A stretch of 64,000 bases of DNA from Gammaproteobacteria bacterium. Lineage in GTDB: Bacteria > Pseudomonadota > Gammaproteobacteria > G965277405. The stretch spans positions 672,001 to 736,000 of the forward strand of contig OZ255726.1 in assembly GCA_965277405.1 (NCBI GenBank), given 5' to 3'. The notes under the pieces are model-generated. The model did not search any database, was not told the DNA's origin, and worked only from the letters and a program-made list of their open reading frames with translations. Made by a program: the position numbers and the translations under genes. This document shows, piece after piece, positions 1-9,876 of the stretch. Positions within the stretch are counted from its first letter, which is position 1; each line of letters starts with the position of its first letter.

Positions 1-605
1 ATCCACGCGGTGTTGCCGCACCAGAGGCAGGTAATAATGCCGCCGCAGGTGGCGCATTAGTGCCAATGCTGGCACTCGGCGTCCCAGGTTCAGGGACAAC
101 AGCAGTATTACTTGCAATGCTACTCACCCTCAACATCACCCCCGGACCATTGCTTTTTCAAAAAAATCCAGATGTCGTTTGGGGCTTGATTGCCGCATTA
201 TTTATTGCCAATGCGATGCTGCTGGCACTCAACTTACCATTGATTCGCCTGTTTGCGAATGTACTCAGACTACCGAATCGAATTTTGATGCCAACGGTAA
301 CGATGATTTGTTTTATCGGTATCTATGCTGTTTCAGGGTCAACGTTTGATTTATATATAATGATTGCCTTCGGTATACTTGGCTGGGTGTTACGCAAGCT
401 TAAAGTGTCGTTGGTTCCTGTAATCATGGGTATTTTACTCGGCAACTATATGGAAGACAACCTGCGCCGGGCGATGTCCATCTCTGATGGCGACCCGTCA
501 ATTTTATTAGGGTCAGGCCTAGCAATAGGGCTATGGGTTGTAGCAATATTTGGTTTTTTCCTGCCAATACTTGTGTCCAATTTCTTGCGGGTAAAAAACA
601 ATTAA
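1..605 (+). CDS. tctA: Tripartite tricarboxylate transporter large subunit TctA (5' end outside window)
   Basis: Frame is open from base 3: GVAAPEAGNNAAAGGALVPMLALGVPGSGTTAVLL...PGPLLF, the TctA signature; multiple TM segments. Confidence 0.9.
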   Translation, partial: PRGVAAPEAGNNAAAGGALVPMLALGVPGSGTTAVLLAMLLTLNITPGPLLFQKNPDVVWGLIAALFIANAMLLALNLPLIRLFANVLRLPNRILMPTVTMICFIGIYAVSGSTFDLYIMIAFGILGWVLRKLKVSLVPVIMGILLGNYMEDNLRRAMSISDGDPSILLGSGLAIGLWVVAIFGFFLPILVSNFLRVKNN

Positions 606-674
606 GGTATAGGCATTTTATGCGCAATATAAAAGTTATGTGCAAATAGCTATTTAGTGAGGTAAATCTCTTAG

Positions 675-958
675 GGAAGCTCTGATTAAGTCCATGATGG
701 GCGAGACGGAGAAAAAACGCTGATGATAACTAGACGCAGTGCGCAGATAATACTGGTGGTATTATTAAGTGCTGCAACGACGTTAGCGCAGCGTTTTTTC
801 CGTCCTTCTGTTGAATATACTTTGGGTTTGATGGTAGCGGTACTTGCTGTGTTGCATCCCTTGGCGTATATGCTACAGCATGCGCCTGCGGAATGCGCCT
901 TGCAATCATCAGCAATTGCCATCAAACTCGCTCCATCAGCGACTTAATCAGAGGTTCC
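675..958 (+). mobile_element. MITE copy 1 (~284 bp, IS5-group-like ends)
   Basis: TIR GGAAGCTCTGATTAAGTC / GACTTAATCAGAGGTTCC; flanked by TTAG (671-674) and TTAG (959-962); sequence repeated elsewhere in window. Confidence 0.9.
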
Positions 959-1207
959 TTAGCAGCCGCAAGCCGATAGACACGGTTTAATGTGCAAGGG
1001 ACTTGTTCGGCACGGGCGATACAATACCATTGTATTTGACAATGTGATGTGATTAGCAGTGTTGCCATTTACTGCATGCCACCGTTAAAATTTCATACAA
1101 TGTACCATTGATATCTGCTGCTAAATTGCGCAACTATCCAGCTATTGCAATAGTTAAATGCGACCTTGACATCAGCTAAGCTATTACTACATTTATATTT
1201 TATGTAT

Positions 1208-1283
1208 GCCCAAGTAGCTCAGTCGGTAGAGCAGAAGACTGAAAATCTTTGTGTCGGTGGTTCGATTCCGCCCTTGGGCACCA
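1208..1283 (+). tRNA. tRNA-Phe(GAA)
   Basis: GCCCAAGTAGCTCAGTCGGTAGAGC...CTGAAAA...GGTTCGATTCC GCCCTTGGGCACCA; 76 nt cloverleaf with CCA. Confidence 0.97.
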
Positions 1284-1342
1284 GTTGGTGTAATAGAACC
1301 AATGGATACAGCGCGGCTGCGGATAGTTTATGTTTGTCCTAT

Positions 1343-1490
1343 TTATAGAACCAATTTACCCGCCTTTTTTAATTCATTTATAGCCGCTTTCCTAATGGCT
1401 GTTGGGTGGTCTGTGCTGTATTTAGCACGATTCTGTCGTCCGCCATCAGCAATATGGAATAAAGTTCTGCCACTGTGCTGTTACATCAAT
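1343..1490 (-). pseudogene. Possible relic of a tyrosine integrase C-terminus next to tRNA-Phe
   Basis: Frameshifted minus-strand fragments STVAEL...ADDRIVL..KYS..HPTAIRKAAINEL resemble the box II tail TVxELLGHxDxRMxxRY; ATAGAACCAAT repeated at 1293 and 1345. Confidence 0.3.
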
Positions 1491-1762
1491 CGCCCTACGC
1501 TATTTATATGGGGAAGTTTATTGAGGAGGTGCTGAATACCGAGGAAGCTGGTGAATAAAAATCAAGAAAATCTCACTTAAATGGTCCTCATCGTGGCAAT
1601 GGGTGGCAACAGCCGAGGATGTAGATATTCAGGACAACAGTATTTGCTTGGTGAAGGCAGTCTAAATACGCTTGTACTCAACTCTCAACAGCAGTCGCAA
1701 CACTTTCTTGTGTGAATTATCCCAAGAGACGGTTGGCACGGCAGCAAAACAAAAACATTTAA

Positions 1763-1937
1763 GGAAACTCTGAACAATTCACCAAATTTGATTTTCTCAA
1801 CTTAACCATACAGTACAAGTTGTTGATTAGATTAACACTGTACGACCACCTTGAAAGGAGAGAAATGGCAGAGTTTAGGCGGGATTACAGTCGATGCAGC
1901 ACTGATAAATGGGTTGTCTGTGCCAGCAAGAACAAAG
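1763..1937 (+). mobile_element. Possible decayed IS5-group element left end with transposase fragment
   Basis: TTAA followed by GGAAACTCTGAACAA (IS5-like end); downstream frameshifted peptide GITVDAALI...ASKNKG resembles IS5 transposase GTIVDATII..PSSTKNK. Confidence 0.4.
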
Positions 1938-2165
1938 GGAATCTATGATTATTCCATCATGGACGAGACGGAGAAAAAACGCTGATGATAACCAGACACA
2001 GTGCGCAGATAATACTGGTGGTCTTGTGGGTGTTGCCAAGTGCTGCAACGCCGTTTGCGCAGCGTTTTTTCCCGTCCTTCTGTTGCATATTCTGTTGCAT
2101 ATATTACGGCAGTTTGCGGCAATTGCAGGCAAACTCGCTACAAAACCGAGTTAATCAGCGCTTCC
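1938..2165 (+). mobile_element. MITE copy 2, degenerate with internal deletion
   Basis: Homologous to copy 1; ends GGAATCTATGATT / TTAATCAGCGCTTCC; right arm collapsed between two GCAATTGC repeats; no clean TSD. Confidence 0.85.
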
Positions 2166-2317
2166 ACAGGCAATTATCGACTTTAGCCGTAAACTAAGAA
2201 CATCAGCATGGGTTGACTTTTATAAAAAGCGTTGCAAAAAACAAGATAGCCCACTGTGAAGTTGTCTGTATTTAATCCATGTATGTTATGCACAACTAAT
2301 CAGAACTGCCCGAGCAG

Positions 2318-3313
2318 TTAATAATTTGTAAACGCCTCCCCCATTTGAAACAGCGGCATATACAGCGCGAGTGCTAAAACTCCAACACAGGCGCCAGTGC
2401 ACAGCATCACCAACGGCTCAAGCCATACAAACACAGTGCTAAGACTATTGCGCATTGTTTGCCAATTAATCGCTGCGATATCTGAGAGCACGGTGGCAAG
2501 CGACCCACTGTGTTCAGCGCAGGCGAGCATTTGCAAGTCGACAGGATGAAAAAAAGGACATAGTGCAAAAGCAGTGGTCACTGGTGTGCCTTGGAGTAGC
2601 TGTTGGCTGGTATTATGGAGTTGTGAATGCCAAATTGGCATGCTATTGCTGAGTAAGATTGTCGCGTCGGCAATCGGCACATTTGACTTGAGCAAAATAT
2701 GGAGCAGTGAGGCGCTGCGATAACTGTAGTACTGCCGCACCACTGGGAACAGCCGCGTTGCAGTTCGCAAGCACGGCTGCGGAAATAGCAAAAAGATAGC
2801 AAATATTACTGCAATAATTGCAGGTGGCCACCACAAGGTATTTGACTCAAAAATATCAAATAATAATTGGGTGCTTGCAGGCAGCGGTTTGTCGCCGTAC
2901 AACGTCTGCATTTGCGGAATCATAAACCGCAATAAGCCAATACTTAGACCAATCCCAGCGCAAAGCACAAAACATGGATAACTTAGCTTATTCAATAGCT
3001 GCTGGCGCCACTTGCTATGCGTGCGCATAGTTGTGAGGAGCATTTGCAAGACTTGTGCGAGCTGCCCAGATTCTACTCCAATACCAATAATGCTAATGCA
3101 CTCCTTTCCAAACGCTTGCGTTGCTTTTGCAAAGGCATCAGCTATTCCAGCACCTGAATATAACGCGTATAATACTCGTTTGACTGCTGCACGCTGGCTG
3201 CGGCTGGGTTCACGCAGCAATAACAACTCTAGCGCATCGGTGAGCGGCAAATGGTTTTTGAGCAGCAATTGTAGGTTGGTTACGGTATGGAGTTGTTTGG
3301 TTGTTATCGCCAT
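2318..3313 (-). CDS. Type II secretion F / PilC family inner-membrane platform protein
   Basis: Two GspF-like halves (GVESGQL..L; AEHSGSL..VL; LEPLVM..GACVG..ALYMPLF). Start placed at ATG 3313 because the longer ORF-track start lies inside a MITE. Confidence 0.8.
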   Translation of the reverse strand: MAITTKQLHTVTNLQLLLKNHLPLTDALELLLLREPSRSQRAAVKRVLYALYSGAGIADAFAKATQAFGKECISIIGIGVESGQLAQVLQMLLTTMRTHSKWRQQLLNKLSYPCFVLCAGIGLSIGLLRFMIPQMQTLYGDKPLPASTQLLFDIFESNTLWWPPAIIAVIFAIFLLFPQPCLRTATRLFPVVRQYYSYRSASLLHILLKSNVPIADATILLSNSMPIWHSQLHNTSQQLLQGTPVTTAFALCPFFHPVDLQMLACAEHSGSLATVLSDIAAINWQTMRNSLSTVFVWLEPLVMLCTGACVGVLALALYMPLFQMGEAFTNY

Positions 3314-3333
3314 TTCTTTGCTATAGCTGCTAA

Positions 3334-3619
3334 GGAAGCTCTGATTAAGTCGCTGATGGAGCGAGTTTGATGGCAATTGCTGATGATTGCCAGGCGCATT
3401 CCGCAGGCGCATGCCGTAGCATATACGCCAAGGGATGCAACACAGCAAGCACAGCAATTGCCGCAAACCATCATATTTTCAACAGAAGGACGGGAAAAAA
3501 CGCTGCGCTAACGTCGTTGCAGCACTTGATAATACCACCAGTATTATCTGCGCACTGCGTCTAGTTATCATCAGCGTTTTTTTTCCGTCTCGCCCATCAT
3601 GGACTTAATCAGAGGTTCC
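3334..3619 (-). mobile_element. MITE copy 3 (~286 bp)
   Basis: Reverse orientation of copy 1; CTAA at 3330-3333 and 3620-3623. Confidence 0.9.
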
Positions 3620-3687
3620 CTAACATGCAGATACATATAAAATCCTGTATTATCATCATCAACCAATAGCTGATTCATCGAATCCAT

Positions 3688-4278
3688 ATGCAATACGACA
3701 CGATACACCTCCCAAAACAACGCAGCTATGCGCTGATGAGTGACCCAATGTTTGAGTGTTTGTTCGCTAAACACGCAGAGATGATTGCGCCACAAATAAC
3801 GGTGCGCAAACATGAATGGGGAATGCTCGCTGCATTGTTCGATGACAACGAGGTGTATGGCATGCGCTGTGGAAAAACCGTCGCAGATGCGGTTGGAAAT
3901 TGGGATAAACAACACAATCTAGCGGTTAATACACAGCAAGCAGCACACCCGTTTTGGCTGGCATTAACTGGGCAATTAGCAACAAATGCCCCGCCAGTGC
4001 GGTTGGTATTCATCGGCACCATATTTCAATTATCTGTGTGGCGACAACTCGCACATCTGCCACCGCATCATTGCACCAGTTATCAACAACTGGCAATTGC
4101 AATCAATAATCCAAGAGCTGTTCGTGCGGTTGGCAAGACCATTGGTTTGAATCCTTTTTTTTATTTGAATCCCTGCCACCGCGTGCTATACGCCAATACT
4201 ACCATCAGCGGTTTTGCCTACGGCACACTGCTGAAAAAAACCATGCTGCGTCACGAACAAATCACGTGGAAAGAATAA
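3688..4278 (+). CDS. ogt: Methylated-DNA--protein-cysteine methyltransferase
   Basis: GTxFQxxVW..SYQQLA..NPRAVRAVG..NP..PCHRV active-site motif. Confidence 0.85.
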   Translation: MQYDTIHLPKQRSYALMSDPMFECLFAKHAEMIAPQITVRKHEWGMLAALFDDNEVYGMRCGKTVADAVGNWDKQHNLAVNTQQAAHPFWLALTGQLATNAPPVRLVFIGTIFQLSVWRQLAHLPPHHCTSYQQLAIAINNPRAVRAVGKTIGLNPFFYLNPCHRVLYANTTISGFAYGTLLKKTMLRHEQITWKE

Positions 4279-4472
4279 CAACAAACGCATTCCCCAAAGC
4301 CTGCAAAATTGTTATAGAAATCACCCAAGCGGTGGTGATTGGCTTGGTAATGGCGTTGGCTACCTATGGATTTATCAGCGGGCTTGCATGGCTGCGCAGC
4401 CATCAGTATTCATCCGCTATGTTGCATATCGATATTGTTGATGCTTCGTTGCATGTACTTCGTTGCATGTAG
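4266..4472 (+). pseudogene. Truncated membrane-protein N-terminus (possibly ClC-like)
   Basis: One hydrophobic helix (AVVIGLVMALATYGFISGLAWL); ends in a 14-bp tandem duplication (4444-4471) just before a half MITE. Confidence 0.35.
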
Positions 4473-4498
4473 CTGCATTCCTGTATATCAGTGTCGCT

Positions 4499-4664
4499 GC
4501 AAACCAAAAGTATATTGAACAGAGGGACGGAAAAAAAACGGTACTAACGTCGTTGCAGCACTTGGCAACACCCACAAGACCACCAGTATTATCTGCGCAC
4601 TGCGTCTAGTTAACGTCAGCGTTTTTTCTCCGTCTCGCCCATCATGGATTTAATCAGAGGTTTC
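4499..4664 (-). mobile_element. MITE copy 4, partial (one end only)
   Basis: Matches about 165 bp of copy 1 in reverse, ending TTAATCAGAGGTTTC. Confidence 0.85.
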
Positions 4665-4803
4665 ATAACACTATCCATTGTTGCAAATCAATCGGGACGC
4701 TATACATGTTTCGCTATCCATGTATAATTTAGTAACCCGCACCCTAACAACTACACAACAATACCTATTGTGGGTGATGTGTTTTTTATAATGGGTGTAT
4801 ATC

Positions 4804-5988
4804 ATGCGTTTTACTATTATTTTTATCACGGCATTATTGTTTGTCGTTTCTTTTGCTGCTAATGCGCGCACATTAGCAGAAATCCGCAAAGCGCAAAATC
4901 TACGCTGTGGTGTTTCCACAGGTCAAGCAGGCTTCTCTGAGCCAGACTCTCATGGCGTTTGGTATGGTTTTGATGTAACTCTTTGTAAAGCTATTTCTAT
5001 AGCACTTTTTGGTAATGATACAAAAGATGATATTGATAACCTTAATCTATTATCACTACCTGGAGGGAGTCATGAGTCTATAAGGTATGTGCCTTTACTA
5101 CCTTCTGAACGTGTTCCAGCGGTTATTGATGATACAGTCGATCTGTTATTCGCCAAGATACCTGTAACATTTTACAGCGAAATAAAACTCGGTATTAGTT
5201 TTCCCGCCATTAGCTATTATGACGGACAGACGTTTCTGGTACGCAAGTCTACAAACATTAAAAATGCGTGGAGAATTCCTGCCAACAGTTCAGTTTGTGT
5301 GCGTAACAACTCTGTTCGACAAGCACGGATGGATCATTTTTTCTCTCGATTTAACATCAGCATTCGCAAGGTTATTGCAAATGACATTGGTGGTCTAGTT
5401 GAAGCATTCAACGCAGGCGAATGCGATGTTATTACAGGTTATCAAACCAATCTTGCTGAATTGCGCCTTAGCTTAAATAAACCAGACCAAGCAGAAGTTT
5501 TGACGCAATTGATATCACGCCGCCCATTAGGACCAGCTGTGAAGGCAAAGTATACCGAGCTAAGCAACTTTGTTCGCTTTGTTATCAGCGTGTTAATTGA
5601 AGCCGAATACATTGGCATAGATTCAAACAATGTTGCCTCTGTGGCTGTTGCTGGCTCATCAGTTCAAAAAAACTTCTTGCAAATTTCTGCAAGACCTCCG
5701 TTATCCTTTGGTTTTCTTGAACCAAATCGGATTGAAACGCTGATTAGTGCTACTGGTAATTATGGTGAAATTTTCAATCGCAACCTTGGTGAAGGTTCTC
5801 CTTTAGCAATGTCACGCGGCATTAACCGCTCATGGTTCTATGGTGGCTTGTTATTAACGCCGCCTATTGCTAATTATGAAGCCGAAGACCTTGATCCATT
5901 TATTGATTTAGAGGAATACCAATATATGTTTGAAGATATTACGGAGATACAAAAGCTATTATCAGCAAAATATCAAGACCCTGAATAA
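4804..5988 (+). CDS. General L-amino-acid ABC transporter substrate-binding protein (AapJ/BztA family)
   Basis: Signal peptide; LRCGVSTG..GFS.PD..G.W.GFDV..C; YYDGQ; GNYGEIF.RNLG..SPL...RG.N..W..GGL. Confidence 0.85.
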   Translation: MRFTIIFITALLFVVSFAANARTLAEIRKAQNLRCGVSTGQAGFSEPDSHGVWYGFDVTLCKAISIALFGNDTKDDIDNLNLLSLPGGSHESIRYVPLLPSERVPAVIDDTVDLLFAKIPVTFYSEIKLGISFPAISYYDGQTFLVRKSTNIKNAWRIPANSSVCVRNNSVRQARMDHFFSRFNISIRKVIANDIGGLVEAFNAGECDVITGYQTNLAELRLSLNKPDQAEVLTQLISRRPLGPAVKAKYTELSNFVRFVISVLIEAEYIGIDSNNVASVAVAGSSVQKNFLQISARPPLSFGFLEPNRIETLISATGNYGEIFNRNLGEGSPLAMSRGINRSWFYGGLLLTPPIANYEAEDLDPFIDLEEYQYMFEDITEIQKLLSAKYQDPE

Positions 5989-6005
5989 ATTGAACTTGAC
6001 ATATT

Positions 6006-7631
6006 ATGGCGTGTAATTTTATTTTTATAACAGGTGGTGTTGTTTCATCATTAGGGAAGGGAATTGCTGCTGCAGGAATTGCCGCCACCCTCGAGTCAAA
6101 GCAAGGCTGTGTTACCATGCTAAAAATGGACCCGTATATTAATGTTGACCCTGGCACCATGAATCCCAACCAACATGGCGAGGTTTTTGTTACTGATGAT
6201 GGCACTGAAACTGACCTTGATTTAGGGTATTACGAACGTTTTATCTCTGCACAAATGTCTGAAAAGAATAATTTTACAGCAGGAAAAGTGTATGAAACGG
6301 TCATAGAAAAGGAACGCGCTGGCGGCTTTGATGGTGAAACCATTCAAGTAATTCCGCATATTACTGATGAAATTATTAAACGTATTCGTGCCGCTGGCAA
6401 AGGTTTTGAGTATTGTATTGTCGAGGTTGGTGGCACAGTTGGGGATATTGAGTCATTACCATTTATGGAAGCAATTCGCCAGTTACAGGTAAAGCTTTCT
6501 CGGCGCAGAACGTTCCATATCCACGTTACTCTCGTTCCATATCTACACAAAGCTGGCGAGATTAAAACCAAGCCAACGCAACATAGTGTCAAAGAGCTAC
6601 TTGCACTCGGCTTACAGCCAAACATGCTTCTTTGTCGCTGTAACGAGCCATTACCTGACAGCATCCGTCAAAAAATAGCACTGTTTACCCAAGTTCCGTT
6701 CAAAAACGTGGTGTCATTCGAAGACATTGACACCGTGTACCGTGTGCCATTATTACTTTACGAGCGGTCGGTCGCTAAAATTATTCTTAAGCATTTTGAT
6801 AAGGGTAATTCACACGCAGACATGCGGCCGTGGCGCGTATTTTCTAAACTGATAGATCAAGCATCTAACTCTGTTTCTATTGCCATAATTGGAAAATACC
6901 TAGGTCAAAAAGACACGTATAAATCTATAGTTGAAGCGCTGACTATTTGTGGCTACCACGTTGGGATAACAACCAAAATTCATCACATTGATGCCGAAAC
7001 AATCAACACTGCTACTGCACCAACAATATTGTCGAAATTCCAAGGAGTACTTGTTCCTGGTGGGTTTGGTGATCGTGGCATTGAAGGTAAAATAGCTACT
7101 ATCCACTATGCGCGCACCAATAACATACCTTTCTTTGGCATCTGTTTAGGTTTGCAAACAGCCGTAATTGAGTTTTCACGGAATGTACTCGGCTTGGTAG
7201 ATGCCAATAGCACTGAACAAAACCCTAACACCAATCATCCAGTAATTGTGACAGTCGAAGAGTGGCAAGATAACACAGGTCTGCGCAAGTTAAAAAGCAC
7301 AAAACGCGGCGGAACAATGCGCAAAGGTGGGATTGACATGCTGGTGAAGCGCAATACAACAGCATATTCGTGCTACAAAAAAATTAATGTCCGCGAGCGT
7401 CATCGACATCGTTGGGAAGTCAATGCAGCATACATTGCGCAGTTGGCAGAAGCTGGGATGATTATCAGCTGCACGTCTACAGACGATAGTCTTGTTGAAA
7501 TGATTGAAGTGCCAGAACACCCATGGTTTGTTGCGAGTCAATTCCATCCAGAATTTACCGCACGCCCAATGCAAGGTCATCCACTCTTTCAAGCATTTAT
7601 TAGCGCATGTACACACAACCAATCAAATTAG
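6006..7631 (+). CDS. pyrG: CTP synthase
   Basis: FITGGVVSSLGKG, KMDPYINVDPGTM, GICLGLQ, ERHRHR, QFHPEF. Confidence 0.98.
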   Translation: MACNFIFITGGVVSSLGKGIAAAGIAATLESKQGCVTMLKMDPYINVDPGTMNPNQHGEVFVTDDGTETDLDLGYYERFISAQMSEKNNFTAGKVYETVIEKERAGGFDGETIQVIPHITDEIIKRIRAAGKGFEYCIVEVGGTVGDIESLPFMEAIRQLQVKLSRRRTFHIHVTLVPYLHKAGEIKTKPTQHSVKELLALGLQPNMLLCRCNEPLPDSIRQKIALFTQVPFKNVVSFEDIDTVYRVPLLLYERSVAKIILKHFDKGNSHADMRPWRVFSKLIDQASNSVSIAIIGKYLGQKDTYKSIVEALTICGYHVGITTKIHHIDAETINTATAPTILSKFQGVLVPGGFGDRGIEGKIATIHYARTNNIPFFGICLGLQTAVIEFSRNVLGLVDANSTEQNPNTNHPVIVTVEEWQDNTGLRKLKSTKRGGTMRKGGIDMLVKRNTTAYSCYKKINVRERHRHRWEVNAAYIAQLAEAGMIISCTSTDDSLVEMIEVPEHPWFVASQFHPEFTARPMQGHPLFQAFISACTHNQSN

Positions 7632-8431
7632 CATCAATATCTATAGCCAACAACTTACCACTTAGCGTAATTGGCGGGATTAATGTTCTTGAGAATTTTG
7701 ATATTGCAGTATCAATAGCTAATTCATTCCAGACTGCATGCGCAAATCATGGGCTTCCATATGTGTTTAAAGCTTCTTTTGATAAAGCAAACCGCTCTTC
7801 AATTCACTCATATCGCGGCATCGGCATCGATGCGGGTCTCCAACTGCTTGAACGAATTCGTAAAGAAATCGATGCCCCAATACTGACAGATGTTCATGAA
7901 GTTGATCAAGCCAAGCCAGTAGCTGAGGTAGCAGATATTTTACAAATCCCAGCTTTTTTGAGCAGACAGACAGATTTAGTCATTGCCATGGCACAAACTG
8001 ACAAAGTTATTAACATCAAAAAAGCACAATACCTTAGTCCACATGAAATGCAGCATATCGTGGAAAAATGCAAGCAAGCCGGCAATCAACACGTCATGGT
8101 ATGCGAACGAGGCACATGTTTTGGCTATAATAATTTAATCGTCGATATGCTCGGAATCGACACATTGCGTAATTCGTTTACCACAATTTTTGATGTTACC
8201 CACGCGCTACAAATTCCAGGCGGTAAAGCTGACGCTGCTGGAGGGCGCTCTAAGCAAACGTTTGCGCTGGCACGCAGTGCTGTAGCGATTGGCATTGCAG
8301 GTATTTTTATCGAATCTCACCCAGACCCGGCTAACGCAAAATGCGACGGACCATCTGCACTTGCGCAACAAGACATTCCTGCGTTAATTCACCAACTTGC
8401 GCAAATCGACACAGTTGTGAAGCAATTATAG
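7607..8431 (+). CDS. kdsA: KDO8P synthase
   Basis: KASFDKANRSS, QIPAFLSRQTDL, ERG..FGYNNL, FDVTHALQ, CDGPSAL; follows pyrG. Confidence 0.97.
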   Translation: MYTQPIKLASISIANNLPLSVIGGINVLENFDIAVSIANSFQTACANHGLPYVFKASFDKANRSSIHSYRGIGIDAGLQLLERIRKEIDAPILTDVHEVDQAKPVAEVADILQIPAFLSRQTDLVIAMAQTDKVINIKKAQYLSPHEMQHIVEKCKQAGNQHVMVCERGTCFGYNNLIVDMLGIDTLRNSFTTIFDVTHALQIPGGKADAAGGRSKQTFALARSAVAIGIAGIFIESHPDPANAKCDGPSALAQQDIPALIHQLAQIDTVVKQL

Positions 8432-8558
8432 ATTTTTTCTAAAAAAATATAGTTTTACTCCGCTGTAAAACTCAATCGAGTTGGCAAAGTTGTATCAAGA
8501 AGTCATAGCAGAGACAAACGTGGACTGCTAGCTAAACAGCAAAGTGGTTGCTGTTTAG

Positions 8559-8852
8559 GGAAGCTCTGATTAAGTCCATGATAGGCGAGACGGAAAAATA
8601 ACGCTGATGATAACTAGACGCAGTGCGCAGATAATACTGGTGGTCTTGTGGGTGCTGCCAAGTGCTGCAACGACGTTAGCGCAGCGTTTTTTCCCGTCCT
8701 TCTGTTGAATATACAACGGTTTGATGGTAGCGGTACTTGCTGTGTTGCATCCCTTGGCGTATATGCTACGGCATGCGCTTAGCGGTTTGCGCCTTGCAAT
8801 CATCAGCAATTGCCATCAAACTCGCTCCATCAGCGAGTTAGTCAGAACTTCC
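8559..8852 (+). mobile_element. MITE copy 5 (~294 bp)
   Basis: TTAG at 8555-8558 and 8853-8856; TIRs and body match copy 1. Confidence 0.9.
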
Positions 8853-8889
8853 TTAGCAGACGCGGCTAAAATAGTTGGCTGACCAAATA

Positions 8890-9876
8890 TTAAATAGCAT
8901 CCGCTCGCAACAATTCATCCACCAGTGCAAGCCCACGGTACACAAACCCTGTATACAATTGCACAGCTGATGCGCTGGCTGTAATAAAGTCTTGCATATC
9001 ATCTGGGTTGGTGATGCCGCCAACCCCAATAATTGGTTGGGTGCAGCCGTGGGCACGCAGTTGCGCGATGGCGTGTAAGGCTTTGTTATGAACTGGCGGG
9101 CCGCTGAGTCCGCCTGCTACTTGTGGCACGGTTGTTGGGATAACCGCGCTGTGGTCAATTGTAGTATTGGCAACTATCAATGCTGCGAGGGGAAATTGGT
9201 TGAGCACTGTGACGATTTGCGCAACCGCTGCATCATCTAGATCTGGTGCAATTTTTATGCACACCGGTGCCCCACTGTGTTGGGATTGGATGGCAAACAC
9301 TGGTTCTAGCAGCTTGATAAGGTGTTGTTGCTGTTGTAATTCTCGTAGTTTAGGCGTGTTTGGCGAGGAGATGTTCAGCGTTGTATAATCAGCAATATTG
9401 CGCAGCTGTTGGTAGCATTCGATGTAGTCCTTTGCTGCATCAGCAATATCAGTCGTTGTGTTCTTGCCGATGTTGACGCCGATACAACAATCAGGGTTTT
9501 GTTGTTTGAACGCAGCGACTTTGTTGGCAGTATAGCGCACACCGTGGTTGTTAAACCCCATGCGGTTGATAATTGCCTGATGGTGAGGATAGCGAAATAG
9601 CCTTGGTTTTGGGTTACCTAGCTGCGGTTTTGGGGTCACAGTGCCGACCTCGATAAACCCAAAGCCGCAGGCGGCGAGTGCATGCAAGTAGTCGCCATTT
9701 TTATCAAACCCCGCAGCAATGCCAACGCGATTGCTGATTGCAATGTCAGCAAGCTGCCAAGGGTGTTTTTTTGGCTTATTGCGCCGCATGCGCAACAATG
9801 GCGCAACACTGTTGAGGAGTGCTCCCCCAATCGTGTGGGCTTTTTCAGGCGGCAGTAGGTGGAGTAGTCGAATCAT
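8890..9876 (-). CDS. pyrD: Dihydroorotate dehydrogenase (quinone, class 2)
   Basis: AAGFDKNG, EVGTVTP.PQ.GNPKPRLFR, INRMGFNN, NISSPNT, KIAPDL, GGLSG; start uncertain. Confidence 0.96.
   Translation of the reverse strand: MIRLLHLLPPEKAHTIGGALLNSVAPLLRMRRNKPKKHPWQLADIAISNRVGIAAGFDKNGDYLHALAACGFGFIEVGTVTPKPQLGNPKPRLFRYPHHQAIINRMGFNNHGVRYTANKVAAFKQQNPDCCIGVNIGKNTTTDIADAAKDYIECYQQLRNIADYTTLNISSPNTPKLRELQQQQHLIKLLEPVFAIQSQHSGAPVCIKIAPDLDDAAVAQIVTVLNQFPLAALIVANTTIDHSAVIPTTVPQVAGGLSGPPVHNKALHAIAQLRAHGCTQPIIGVGGITNPDDMQDFITASASAVQLYTGFVYRGLALVDELLRADAI

Noticed and set aside
686-947. Short ORFs inside MITE copies (also 1875-2197, 3367-3564, 8570-8809, 21240-21572, 55515-55778)
   Set aside because: Frames and lengths are not conserved between copies; they are incidental translations of a non-coding repeat
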